Below are positions 38,174 through 50,760 of a DNA stretch of 64,000 nt, piece by piece. Numbering within the stretch: position 1 is the stretch's first letter; the number at the start of each line of letters is the position of its first letter. This DNA is from Camelus dromedarius (lineage: Eukaryota). Below the pieces are notes generated by a model. It was not told where the DNA came from, made no database searches, and worked only from the letters and a program-made list of their open reading frames with translations. Made by a program: the position numbers and the translations under genes. The DNA is taken from the NCBI RefSeq assembly GCF_036321535.1, contig NC_087437.1, positions 116,872,001 through 116,936,000 of the forward strand. Reading direction: 5' to 3'.

Positions 38174-38335
38174 GAGGTTGCCAGATATAATACAGGACGT
38201 CCACTTAAACTTGAATTTCAGATAAATCATGATGAATTTTTGAGTATAAGTATATCCCCCAAATTGCATGCAATATACTAAAAATTAATCATGATTTATC
38301 TGAAATTCAAATTTAACTGGGCATTCTGTATTTTT
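38174..38335 (-). mobile_element. MER53 palindromic MITE, left part (right part at 39565-39602)
   Basis: 'ggttgccagatataatacaggacgtccacttaaacttgaatttcagataaa...tttatctgaaattcaaatttaactgggcattctgtattttt'. Confidence 0.85.
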
Positions 38336-39564
38336 AACAGTTTTAATGAGGTATAATTTATATACCGTACAATTCACCCGGTTAGAGTATAATTCAATGA
38401 TTTTTTTGAATATTCACAGAGTTGTGCAACCATCACCACAATCAATTTTAGGACATTTTTATCACCCCAAAGAGAAACCCCAAACCCATTAGTGGTCACT
38501 CTCCATCCCCCACACCCAGCCCCTTTCCCCAGCCCCTGACACCCACTAGTCTACTTTCTATCTCTACAAATTTGCCTATTCTGGACATTTTGTATAAATG
38601 GAATCTTACAATGAGGTCTTTTAGAACTGGCATACTCCACTTAGCATAATTTTCTTCAAGTTTCATCCATGTTGTAATACGTGTCGGTACCTCGTTCTTT
38701 TTTACTGCCAAGTAATATTCCATTGTAGGAATATAATACATTTTACTTATCCAAGTATCAGCTGAAAGACATTGAGCTGTTTCTACTTTTGAGCAATTGT
38801 GAATAGAGCTGCAGGGAACATTTGTGTACCCGTTTTTGTGTGCATATATATTTTTATTTCTCTTGGGTTTGTACCTAGGAGTGGAATTACTGGGTCACAT
38901 GGTAACTATATGTGTAACAGTTTGAGAAATTGCCAAACCATTTTCCATTGCAGCTAAGCTTTTCTTTTATGTTCCCACCAGCAATACACAGGGTTCCAAT
39001 TGTCCCACATCTCTACTACTCATTAGTTTCTGGGTTTTTTTATTAGAGCCATCTTGGTGGATATGAAGTGCTGTCTCACTGTGGTTTGGATTTGCATTTC
39101 CCTAACAGTTAACAAGCATCTTTTCATATGCTTCCTGGACATTTGTGTATCTTCTTTGAAGATATATCCATTCAGATTCTTTGCCTATTTTTCATTTGGG
39201 TTGTTTATCTTTTTAGTACTGAGTTTAAGAGTCCCCTATGTATTCTGAATACCAGAAAATACTTTCTCCCATTCTGTGAGTTGTCCACTGTCTTGACTGT
39301 ATCCTTTGAAATACAAACCTTTAACATTTTGATGAAGTCTAATTACCTATTTTGTCTTTTGTTGCTTACACTTTTGGTATCGTATCTAAGAAGGCATTGC
39401 CTGACCCGAGGTCACAAAGATTTACCCTTTGTTTTCTTGCAAGAGTTTTATGGATTTAGCGCTTACATTTAGGTCTATGATCAAGTTTCGTATATGACAT
39501 AAAGAAGGACTCCAACTTCATACTTCAGTGTGTGGATATTCAGCTGTCCTAGCACCATTTTTCC
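38336..39564 (-). mobile_element. L1MB-like 3' end and ORF2 remnant inserted into MER53
   Basis: Minus-strand peptide YIPTMEYYLAVKKNEV..TTWMKLE; TSD gggcattctgtattttt (38319-38335) / gggcatcctgcattttt (39565-39581). Confidence 0.9.
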
Positions 39565-40886
39565 GGGCATCCTGCATTTTTATTTGCTGAATCTGGGAGT
39601 CTGAGTCAGAGGTTTAGCCACTGGAACACAGTCTGGGGCTCCATAATCCTTGGCACTTTCGGGTTGATCTTTTCTGGAGAGATCTTATCCTCTTCATCCC
39701 CTTCTTTCCTCTCAGCATGAAATCACATCCTCCTCCAACCCTTGGCCTTAAACACTAGGTAGGGCTGCCAAGGAGGGACCACCAGGCCTGCCTCTGGTAG
39801 CTCGTGCTGACAGTGGCACCATTGTTGACCTCCCAGAGTTGACACGGCCCTCCCTGGCTCCAGCTTCTTGGCTGGGGTTCAATTATCTGGCCTAACCTCC
39901 TGTTCTGCTTTAAATTCGGTGCTCTAAATTTTGAAACAGCAACTGAAACTCACCAATGTTCCTTCTTCCCGTAAGCAAGCTCCCGCCCCAGGTCTCTAAT
40001 GTTTCCTCCAATTTAAGGTGTAGAAACTTTCCAAAATGGTGGGCACTACAAGGCCTTTCTTCTCTGTCCAGGCCCCCTGGGCCACGGCAGCTGTGCCCTT
40101 TGGGCTCTCTGGGCTCTACAGCTAGACGGTCCCCCTCCCTGCCCACTGCCACCTCAGTTCCCAGAAGTTCCCTTCTGGTCCACAAGCCATCGGCCAGATT
40201 GCACAGAGGGTTCTGTCTGTAAGAACTGAGAGAAACACTTGTTGGGCTGTGTAGCCACGAGCTGGCACTGGGGCAGCTTGACACAGCCACTCTCTGTGAA
40301 CAGACCCGGCCCAGTAGCCTGCGCCGTACCCTAGCCTGGTATTTAGCCTGGACGCCAACTGGGTGATTTACTTTAAGGCTCAGACTCGACATGGCTCATA
40401 ACTTTCTTCTGAGCCCCTGGAGTCACTTTCCCAGACCAGCTCTGTTGTCTACACAAGATGACTTATTCATTAGCAAGAGTGAATAATGCCTAAATACACC
40501 ACTGGATTTTCCCACAAAGCCCTGCTGGGGTGTGCATGACGCGGGGTAATCTCACCTGCAGAGCTGGCTTTAGGCAAGTGCCCATGATGCCTTCAAGTGT
40601 CTTGATTCATACCCGGGAATCATGACTGAACATCTCCTCCAAGGCTTGTTCTGGCCAAAGCGGGCTAGGGGTGGGGGAGCCATCATCACATTTCTGGGTT
40701 AACAGAGGCCTTGGTGTCTCTTAATGACCCCTGGGACGAAAGTGAAAGAACCAAAAATATATCGACCTTTTCCACTCAAGACAGATTTGTTTTTCTGCCT
40801 TCACAGTGGAAAACACACCATTAAACTTTCACTTTGTTCATTAAACTTGGCATCAAAATTACACCTCAGTTTTGCTCTTACCATCC

Positions 40887-41242
40887 ATGTCAATCAGGGT
40901 TCTACTAAAGAAACAGACCAGCAGTGTGTGTGTGTGTGTGTCTGTGTGTGTGTAGACAGACAGATTAATTGATTGCAAGGAACTGGCATATGTCATTGTG
41001 GGGGCTGGCTGGGCAAGTCTGACGTCTGCAGGGCAGGCTGGAGACTCTGGGGCAGGAACTGGAGCCTCGGTCCACAGGTGGAATTTCTCCCTCCTCACGG
41101 AAGACATGTGCTCTATGGCTTAGGAACTGACTGCACGAGGCCCACCCACAATTTCGAGGATAATATCATCTCCTCAAAGTCAACTGATTATTGATGTTAA
41201 ATCAACACCGTATCTACAAAGTACCTCCACGGCAGTACCTCC
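40887..41242 (-). mobile_element. MLT2-family (ERVL) LTR with internal (TG)n
   Basis: 'cagggttctactaaagaaacagacc(tg)n...aaggaactggc...gaggcccacccaca...caaagtcaactgatt'. Confidence 0.8.
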
Positions 41243-41529
41243 TGAAACTCCTACTTCATCCTCAAAACCCATCTCAGCACCGCTACACCTGAGAAGCTCA
41301 CCTGAGACCCTCTCCACCACCCAAATCTTTTCCCCCAACCTTAGCCCCCATTCGGGGTGGATCAGATGTCCCTCCCCCACATTCCACCAGCACTTCCTGC
41401 CTTCCTCTTCTCGGTTTTTATTTGAGTGAGATGTAATCAAGCTGTTATAGTCAATAAACTGAGACAGTGAGAAACCAATGAATGACTTGTCTTTCTTTTT
41501 TTAGCGGGAAGAGAAAGTTACTAGGAGCT

Positions 41530-41743
41530 GAAATCAGCAAACTGTGGCCCAGGGGGCACATCTGGCTCCCTGCCTATTTTTCAAATGACGATTTGTCGGA
41601 GCACAGCTGTGACCACTTATTTAAGGATCACCCACAACTGCTCTCCTGCTTCAATGGCAGAGTTGAGTAATTATCCAGATGACCAGCAAAGCTTAAAATG
41701 CCTGTTACTTGGCCCTTTACAGAAAAAGTTTGCTGATCGCTGC
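41530..41743 (+). mobile_element. MER58A (hAT-Charlie)
   Basis: 'tcagcaaactgtggccc...ggcagagttgagtaatt...tggccctttacagaaaaagtttgctga'. Confidence 0.85.
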
Positions 41744-44410
41744 TATAGGATCATCAGCAAGAAGGTACTTTTCCTCGTGCCTCCGCGGGAGTGCAGGCGT
41801 GCCCTTTGGTTCCCGAACTCCTCGCACCTAGGGGGTTAGCAACAGTCATGGAGTTTCAAAGGCTGCCCACGAAGATCTCCCCAGCCCTGGCCTTTGTTAG
41901 GAGGAGGCTGCCCAAGAAGAGCCAAGCACTTCATGGAGAAGACCATGGAGGCAGAGCCTCAGACTGGAGGCCATTCCTAGAGTCCTTAAAATATGTGCAA
42001 ATACGGTTAAACTGCTGAGTCAGTCTTTACTGACTCGTCGTCCCTCAGTAAAGTTCCAGGGGACAGACTCCACAGAATCAGAGGGTCTCTTTCGAAGACC
42101 TTGAGACTCTTGGAAATCTGATGTGGGAACTAGAACATGTGCCTGTTTTGTGATGCTCAAGGCTCTGATAAGGGGGCCCCATGTATTCACTCCTCAAAGC
42201 AAAGGTCAGCCCCTGGAGTGTCAAGGGGGAAAGGGACAAATTCCTTCTTCCACTGCCGCCATCGGATACCCAAGTCTCTGGAGTGGGGACCCCAGGCCCT
42301 AAAACTGGCTGTGCCTTGGCAGCCAGAGACCCCACGAGGAGGCTGGCCTCCCACAAAAAAGCACCAGTCCACAGCAACAGTAGCCAGTATTCAAAGAGCC
42401 AGTCAGATGCCGTTTCCACCCACTGGAAGGTGCCTGCTTCCCAGATTAGTAAATAACTCCAGTAATTTCAAATCAGAACAAGAGCCCCAGGGGAAACCTT
42501 CATTTGGATGTTTCCCAGACATCATTGAAGCAGCTGTCTGCCAATTTTCTGAAGTCCTAGGCATGGGGCAGTGCCACATTCGCCACAGGCAGCTCTTAGA
42601 AGGAGAGTTCAGCCACCTCCAAGGGCAGAGAGATTGGTCAATATGTCCATTGTGAGATGGTCAACATCCCTGTTGGTCTGCCCTTTCTAGGTGGGCATCT
42701 GGCATGAAATATACAAATCCCATTCATCTCAAATACCTTCTCTCCTAGGAGGTGGTACAGCCCCCAACTTCCAGCCAACTCCAGAGAATTTCCCCAGGAT
42801 TTCAAATTATTTGCAGAGCCATGTGGCCATTTATCACACTGATGGCATCTGAAGCTTCACAGGGGGAATCTGGCTAAATCACACGCTGCTCAAGAAAAGG
42901 AAAAAACATTTCATCTTCCCCTTCCCCAAAGGAAACTAGAAATTAGACTTGTTTTTCCAAGACACTCATACCAGAGGCATTGCAAGTGACCCAGAGAGAT
43001 TTCTCATCAAAGGGATTCAAAACAAAGACAATTTCCAGCATGATTGGAATTGCAGTGGCAGAAATGACTGCTCTGCTACTCAGAAACTTTTTAATTCCTT
43101 GGCTGATCTCTACCCTTGCTTCCAGTAATTTTATTACTATTATTGGGTTTTGGTTATTGGTTTTGTTTTGTAAAACATCTCAGCGTGTTTTCAGCAGTTG
43201 TCATGGAAAGTTGGCACCAGAGGGACTTCCTGGAGGAAAATTATTTCAAAGTTTCATGTCCTCAAGACAAACACACCAAAAAAAAAAAAAAAAAGATTTT
43301 GCAAGAGAAAAAGAAAGGAATTTTTCTTTGAAAGGAACTTTGAAGACAAAAATATTGTGATATGATCTATAAATTCACTTCTCTCTCTGGCACCCATCCG
43401 GACACTACCATCTGCCATCACCTACAAATTATTGGCTTTTATGACAATGTTATGATTATATATGACAGCAAATACAAAGCTTTAACAAATTAATAAAGCA
43501 TCATTAACTCGACTGATAAGTGACAGAAAAACAGCTGCAAATAAAAGCTCTAATGAGTGGCGAGAAGCACCAGGGAGTCGGTCTACCTGCAAGTGTTTGG
43601 AAAGGTCTTTGTATTGAGACAATTTGTCAGCTCAAAGGCACAGGCTGATTATCAATATCAAGAGACATTTCCTAACTTCAAACAAGGTTAGAGAGGACAA
43701 CTACTGAGTAATAGTCCACAAAGTCACTCAACAAGCACACACAAGCTCCAGAACGCTGGGTGTGAAAAGAAAGCCTCCTGCGTTTTTCACAGACATATAC
43801 ACGCATGAGACGTCAAACCCCATCTCCTTCAACCAGAAGGACCACGCACATCTTTGGAGTCAGGTGAAGAGGTATCGCGAGGCCATGCTGTGGGAGAAAA
43901 TGTGGCCTGTGCTCCAAGACTCTGCAATCTCAATTACCGGAGCTGCCGCTCGGGACATGTGGGAAAGGAAGCACCTAATTCCGAGAGCCATGCGCTCTTC
44001 CTAATGTGATAGTGTTTTGAGAGAAGACATCTAGGAGGAGACGAAGATCGGAGCAGGAACATCAAACCATCCTGTTTGTGCGTCCTTCCGGAGGCATTTC
44101 TAACCTTTGTGGGAAATACTCAGCCTTCCTTTATCCTGGGTCTCCATCCGTCCGCCCCTCTCTGGGAGACGAGTCACCGGGAGGTTATACACTCGTTTAG
44201 GGACTTCCTCTTTTTTTATTCCCTGCAAGACCCATCTGTTAACTCCTGTTGTGCGATCCTGTTTTAAATTTTGTTTTCGCTGGTTTCTTTCCTCCCTTTG
44301 AGACACTACTTGAACATTTTCCCCTTTCGATATCCTCCTTTTAGAAATTTAGAACATTCAACTTTTAAAGTGTCATCTGTCATTTTTTCCCCTTTATTAA
44401 ATTCCAAGTT

Positions 44411-44552
44411 TGGGGTGAGGGTATAGCTCAGTGGTAAAGTGCGTGCCAAGCATATGCAAGGTCCTGGGTTCAGTCCCCAGTACCTCCATTGAAAGATAAA
44501 TAAATAAAAACCTAATTACCTCCCCCCAAAAAAATTTAAAAAAAATTTTTTT
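44411..44552 (+). mobile_element. tRNA-derived SINE (camelid Vic-1-like) with perfect TSD
   Basis: A-box TAGCTCAGTGG, B-box GGTTCAGTCCC; TSD aattccaagtt at 44400-44410 and 44553-44563. Confidence 0.92.
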
Positions 44553-44627
44553 AATTCCAAGTTCCACTGAAAAACCACAAGAGAAAAGCAATTAGGGGAA
44601 GAAAAGAGTATTTAAAAGAATGTGAAG

Positions 44628-44951
44628 AAAGACAAACGAACTTCTTTACAAAACAGAAACAGACTCACAGACATAGAAAACAAACTCATGGTTACTGAGG
44701 GGAAAGGAGGTGGGAAGGGATAAATTGGGAGTTCAAGATTTGCAGATACTAACTACTATATATAAAATAGATAAACAACAAGTTCATTCTATACAGCACA
44801 GGGAACTCTCTTCAGTATCTTGTAGTAACTTATGGTGAAAAAGAATATGAAAATGAATATATGTATATTCGTGTATGACTGAAGCATTGTGCTGTGCACC
44901 AGAAATGGACACAACATTGTAAACTGACTATCCTTCAACAAAAAGATGTGC

Positions 44952-44998
<47 letters not shown>

Positions 44999-45010
44999 AA
45001 AAAAAAAAAA
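44628..45010 (+). mobile_element. L1 3' UTR end (young) with (TA)n in the tail
   Basis: 'aaaacagaaacagactcacagacatagaaaacaaactcatggttact...aaactgactatccttcaa'; (TA)n at about 44957-44996. Confidence 0.92.
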
Positions 45011-45984
45011 GAGCATGAAGAAAGAAAAAGCTACTATCTCAGCAGCCAGAGCACAGCCTGGGAAATGGACCTCATGCAAGACAGTGAGATCCCAACCTGC
45101 TGAGGCGAGACAGCCTGGGAAGTCACAGGTACGCGGTAAAGGAAAGAAAAGCCCTTTTCTCCCAGCAGCAGGGGAGGGGCTTGGTTTTACCGAGCGGCAG
45201 GGCACCTGTGTGCTAACGTTAACCTCTCCCTTCCCCACCAGTCCCCATGCCCTTAGGTACTCATGGAAGACTCTCAGTCATCACAAACACAGTGGTTTAA
45301 AACAATACAGATTTACGATCTTACGATTCTGGGGGGTCAGAAACCTGGAAAGGGCAGCACCCAGACTGAGGTCTCAGCAGGGCTGGCTCCTTCTGGAAGC
45401 CCTGGGGCGTCTGCTTCCCCCAGCTTTCTCCCAGGCTGCCCGCATTCCATGGCTCCGGCCTCTGCCTTCGAGGCCAGTGACGGCAGAATCTAGCCTGCGT
45501 GAGCTGGCACAAGGAGGAACATTTTTGGCTGGCAGGTGTCTTCCTGGTGTGATAGCTTCCGTTCTGGTAGGCAGCGAGGAGAGTGGCCCTCGGGGTTTGA
45601 TTTTAGCAACTGAGAAGCGTCCTTGACTGAGGCAGCAGACAAAGCGCAAGAAAGGGGTTTGATCAGAGAACATCGTATTTCCTCATTCGTTTGTTTTGCA
45701 ATTATTCATTTACGTAAGTAAATATTCATTGACTTTGAATACTAACAAGTCCATAATAAATGAATATTTACTTATTCATTCCTTCCTAAACACTACTTGA
45801 GGCTTCTGTGTGCCGCGCAGTATACGTTAGGCACTGGGTAAACAGCAGCGAACAAGATAAGTACCATCTGTGACCCGGGAGTCTCGTGTCATTCACTGTG
45901 AACTAGGCAGGCTGACTTGTGAGTTTGCAAGTAGCATAAAACCTAGGACTCTTTGCAGTTCTTGACAATATATAAGCAAACAAA

Positions 45985-46365
45985 CAAACTCACAGAAAAT
46001 TAGATCAGATTTGTGGCTCCCAGTGGCAGGGGTTGGAGGGGGTGAGGTAAGATGAAGGTAGTCAGGAGGTACAAACTCCCAGCTGTAAGATAAGTAAGTA
46101 GTAGGGGTGTAGTGTACAATATCACTAATATAATTAACACTGCTGTGTCTTGTGTATAAAAGCTGTTAAGAGAGTAAATCCTAAGAGCTCTCATCACAAG
46201 GAATAAAAATTTTTTCCATTTCTTTATTATAAGATGATGGATATTCACTAAACCTACTGTGGCGATCGTTCCATGATTTATGGAGTTCAAATCACTACAC
46301 TACACAGCTTAAACTTACACAGTACTGAAGTCAATCATATCTCCATAAAACTGGAAGGAAAAAAA
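45985..46365 (+). mobile_element. L1MA9-like 3' UTR
   Basis: 'ggtacaaactcccagctgtaagataagtaag...gagagtaaatcctaagagctctcatcacaagg...tctccataaaactgga'. Confidence 0.85.
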
Positions 46366-46574
46366 GCATACATCTTAAGACCTTTACACAGAAAATTTAA
46401 ATTTGGCCTACAGAGCCAGACCAAACACTTAGAAAAACTGTATTAACAAGATATTAATTTTAAAATCTCACTGAGTCAAGAAGCAACTGAATCCCAAAGA
46501 AATGTAGCAGTTACAAACTTACTACCTCCTGATTCGATAAAAACATTATTTTCCCAAGCCACATGGTTTGGTTT

Positions 46575-47025
46575 ACCAATTTGCAAGATGCCCAAGGTGA
46601 CAGAGAATGCCTTATGTCCACATGGGCTCCTCTGCCTCCTAGACACACAGCTGGACCAGCATCCCGGTCCCCTTTGCAGAGGGGTGAACATGCGACAGTT
46701 CTGGCCAGTGGAACACGGGCAGAAGGAACATAGGCCACTTTCTGGTGTGACCCCAAAAAGATCTTCTGTGAAGTCCTCCATACACCCTCTTCCCACATCC
46801 ACATCAGCGAGTGGAGAGGATGCCAAGGCCTTGCAGAACAGCACGGCCGTAAGACAGGGGAGCCTGGGCTCCTGAGTGTCGCTGTGAAGCAGACTCCCTC
46901 CCCACCGAATTCCCAGCTGCGCTGGGCTTTACGCGAGGACGCGAGGACGGAGTAAGCTCTATTGTCCTAAAGCTACTAGAGTAGTTGGGTTGTTTGTTAC
47001 AGGGCTAGCCTGTGGTGGCTAATTC
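46575..47025 (+). mobile_element. Old MLT1 (MLT1I/J-like) LTR
   Basis: 'gttctggccagtggaacacgggcagaag' and 3' end 'ttgtcctaaagctact...ttgtttgttacag'. Confidence 0.6.
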
Positions 47026-47699
47026 AGACTTCTCCTGGATATGGATCTCAGAACTGTCACACACACACATTTTCAGATATGGACAAGCAACACAGTTGTG
47101 TGGAGAGAAATACCAGGACACAGTCACCATCTACTGTCACATTTAATCTTCTCTCCTCAAATCTTGCAGCCCCTTCTAATACAGAGAAATGTCCCAGATT
47201 TATGTATTATAATTGCTGTCATTTTTAGCAAGTTATGCATGTTTTAAGATTATATAACTTATATATAACCAAACTTGCTTGTGGAAAAATGATGCTTGGT
47301 TCAGAAGGAGGTTCAGATTATCAACAAAGGAGAGGCTGCTCACTCAACCATCCTCCTGGACACTGAGAATTCAGTGTCCCTGAACTTCATTTGGGCGATT
47401 CCTGCAACAGAGCATTCCCTGGCACATTCTTTATTGACCAGATAGTGTCCTTTCTGGAAGCTTCAGTGAACACATGGCAAAGCTTCTCAGTCCCAAATAA
47501 AGGCTTTGAGCTGCTTTAGTGTTTATTTAAACCAGGCCCCTCAGTCAAAACTGTCTGAACCAAGACACCCTTTTATGAATGAGAAGAGACAGACAAATGC
47601 ACGGTTTTTAGTCCAGTTTCCACTTCCTCTTTTTTCGGACTTGTAGCTCTTTACAGAACAGCTCTAGAAAGAGTTCAGTAAAGATTTAATGTGGTCAAT

Positions 47700-49150
47700 A
47701 AATACATCTAAATCAAAAAGAGAAAAGTGACATTGTCACTGTTTGAAGATGACATGATCACATATATAGTAAGCCCTAAAAATTCCACCAAAAAGAAACT
47801 ATTACAATGAATAAATGAATTCAGAAAAATTGCTGGCTACAAAATTATCACACAAAAATCAGGTGCATTTCCATACACTAACAATGAACAGTCTAGAAAG
47901 GAAATGAACAATTTCACTTAAAATAGCATCAAAAAGAATAAAATATTTAGGGATAAACTTAACCGTAGAGATGAAATACTTGTACACCTAAAACTACAAA
48001 ATGTTGCCACCACTATGGAGAACAGTATGGAGGTTCATTAAAAAGTGAAAATAGAGTTATCATATGATCCAGCAAGTCCACTGCTGGGCATATATCCAGG
48101 AAAGACAAAAACTCTAATTTGAAAGGATACATGCACCCCAATGTTCATAGCAGCACTATTTATAATAGCCAAGACATGGAAGCAACCTAAATGTCCATCA
48201 ACAGATGACTGGATAAAAAAGACATGGTACATATATAAATATATATAATATATTACATATATATAATGAAATAATACTCAGCCATAAAAAAGAATGAAAT
48301 ATTGCCAATTGCAGCAACATGAATGGACCTAGAGATGATCATACAAGTGAAGCAAGTCAGGCAGAGAAAGACAGATATCATATGATATCATTTACATGTG
48401 GAATCTTAAAAAAAAATGATACAAGTGAACTTATTTACAAAACAGAAACAGACTCACAGACATAGAAAGCAGTCTTACAGTTACCAAAGGGGAAAGGGGT
48501 CTAGGGATAAATTAGGAGTTTGGGATTCACTGATACACACTACTATATATAAAATAGGCAAACAACAAGGACCTACTGTACAGCACAGGGAACTACATTC
48601 AATACCTTATAATAAACTATAATGGAAAGAATCTGAAAAAGACTATATATATATAACTGAATATAAAGATATATATGTACATATATACGTGTCTAACTGA
48701 ATCACTTTGCTGAACACCTGAAAGTAACACATTGTAAATCAACTGTAGTTCAATTAAAAAAAAAATTTAACTACAAAATGTTGCTGAAGGAAATTAAAGA
48801 AGACATCAATAAATGGAAAGACATCCTGGGTCCATGGATTGGAAAACTTAATAAATTAGGATTTCAGTATTACCTTAAAAATATTATACTAAGTGAAGTA
48901 AGCCATCACACAAGAACAAGTATTGTGTGAGTCCACTGACATAAGGTCCCAGAGTATCAAATCCATAAAGAACGTAGGATGGTGGTTGCGGTTGCCGGGG
49001 GCTGGGGGAGAGGACAATGAGGAGTTAGCATTTAATGTGTTTCAATCCGGGGAGGTGGAAAAGTTCTGGACATGAATGGTGGTGATGGTTGCACACTGAA
49101 TTGAATACACCTAATGCCACTGAACTGTACACTTTAAAAAAAGTAAAAAC
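47700..49150 (+). mobile_element. Old L1MB-like element (ORF2 RT remnant and 3' UTR) hosting a younger L1
   Basis: 'ctgtttgaagatgacatgatc' (a decayed form of the RT FADD motif) and 'aaattaaagaagacatcaataaatggaaagacatcc'; 3' UTR 'ggtggtgatggttgcaca...aatgccactgaactgtacacttt'. Confidence 0.85.
48008..48768 (+). mobile_element. Young L1 3' end nested in the older L1
   Basis: Perfect 16-bp TSD aactacaaaatgttgc at 47992-48007 and 48769-48784. Confidence 0.95.
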
Positions 49151-49397
49151 GAACATGGCTATGAGAAAATAGAATGTTTGAAAGTAAGAGAATAGAAATA
49201 TACCAGGATATATATAGCTAACAATAACAAACATTAAAACCAGAATGGCTACACTATTATTAAATAAAGTAGATCATAAGCAAGAAAAATTATTAAAAAT
49301 GTTTCATTTTTTAAAATTTTAAAGACTAATGTGGCCAAGGCTTATTGAGCACATATTAATGGGTAGCTCAGTGCTCAGCACTTAAAAAGATACTGAG

Positions 49398-49500
49398 ATA
49401 TGAAAATGAGTATGTGTCTGTACATGTATGACTGACATGATGCTGTACACCAGAAACTGACACAATATTGTAAACTGACTATACTTCAATTAAAAAAAAA
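49398..49500 (+). mobile_element. Very short L1 3' tail with TSD
   Basis: TSD aaaaagatactgag on both sides (49384-49397 and 49498-49511). Confidence 0.9.
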
Positions 49501-49584
49501 AAGATACTGAGGGGGAAAGTCACAGCCCCTGCAGATCTGTCTCTTACAGGAACTGCACTTTGCAAATTCACAAAGCATTTCTCA

Positions 49585-49740
49585 AATATCCTCTACTTGC
49601 CCAGTTCCAACAGTACTGTGAGGGCAGGGAGGGTTGCTGCCCCATTTCATGGATGAAGAAACTGAGGTTTGAGAGGCTCAAGGGGGCCTCCCAGGGTCAC
49701 AGTGCTCGTCGGTGGTGGAGCTGAGACTTAAGGCAGCTCA
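49585..49740 (-). mobile_element. MIR SINE
   Basis: 'cccatttcatggatgaagaaactgaggtttgagagg...cccagggtcacag'. Confidence 0.75.
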
Positions 49741-50199
49741 GTGTTCCTCCCCCGTCACGATACAAACACAGAAGCTTGATTACAACTAATCTACGTTATG
49801 CTTCGTCAATACATGCAAAATTTAAGCACCAAACTAATTATATCTCAACCAACAAATTCCAACATAGAGGTAAGGCAGCTATCCAGGTATTTTACACGTA
49901 CACACACACACACACACACACGAGCCCCTCATCCTCCTTTTCAATTTTCTTGAATGTTGCCTCCACTCTCCTTTGTGCACCCACGTTTGCAGCCTCTCCT
50001 AGCAAGAGCCACAGGGTTAAGTGGTGACTGTGTCCTCACAGGAGGAGTCACCTGCAGGATGACCAGCAGTTGGAATCACTTGTTGCCACGCTGCCCTCTT
50101 GGTCCCTTATCAAGCTGCTGATTCTCCCTCGGAGTGTGTTACTGCCTGCAGACCTGCTGGAAGATGCCAATAACTACTAACAGGTAGGAAAAAGAAAGG

Positions 50200-50760
50200 C
50201 TAGAGAAACATGTTAGACAAAGTCACCGGGATTCCATCAGCAATATCAGACTCTAGGAAATTACTGGGCAAATGTGTTGGCTTCTTCAACAAACAAATTG
50301 TAAGAATAATTTAATAATAAGAGAGAGATTTATGGAACAATCTAAATGAATCAGTCTTGTTTGGATCCCAATTCAAATAAACAAATGGTCAAAAATAAAA
50401 TTCACAAGACACTCAGGGACGTGTAAGCCTTGACTGGATATTTGGTGATGTTAAAAATTTGTCATTTGTTTTTAGACAGGATAATGGGATTGTGGTTTTA
50501 TTGGTATTACTTGTTTTTAAGTTCTCTGACTTTTCCTTACCTTTCAGTTGCATACTGAAACTGTTAGAGGTGAAATTATGTGATTCTTAGGAAGCATTTC
50601 ACAGTAATTTGGGGTGGGAGTGAGGGATTAGAGGCGTTAGAAAAAACAAGAGTGGCCACTTTCTGATAATTGTCAGTGTTTCCAGTTCATGATAAACTGC
50701 TCTCTGATTTGGTCTGTTTTTAAATTTTCATAATGAAAAGCTTTAAAACCATGCTTACAA
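50200..50760 (+). mobile_element. Old L1MC/L1ME 3' UTR fragment
   Basis: 'tgactggatatttggtgatgttaa...gataatgggattgtggtt...catactgaaactgttagaggtgaaat'. Confidence 0.6.

Noticed and set aside
44946..45626. 226-aa ORF
   Set aside because: Begins in a (TA)n/poly-A tail and runs through an MLT1-like fragment; not a gene
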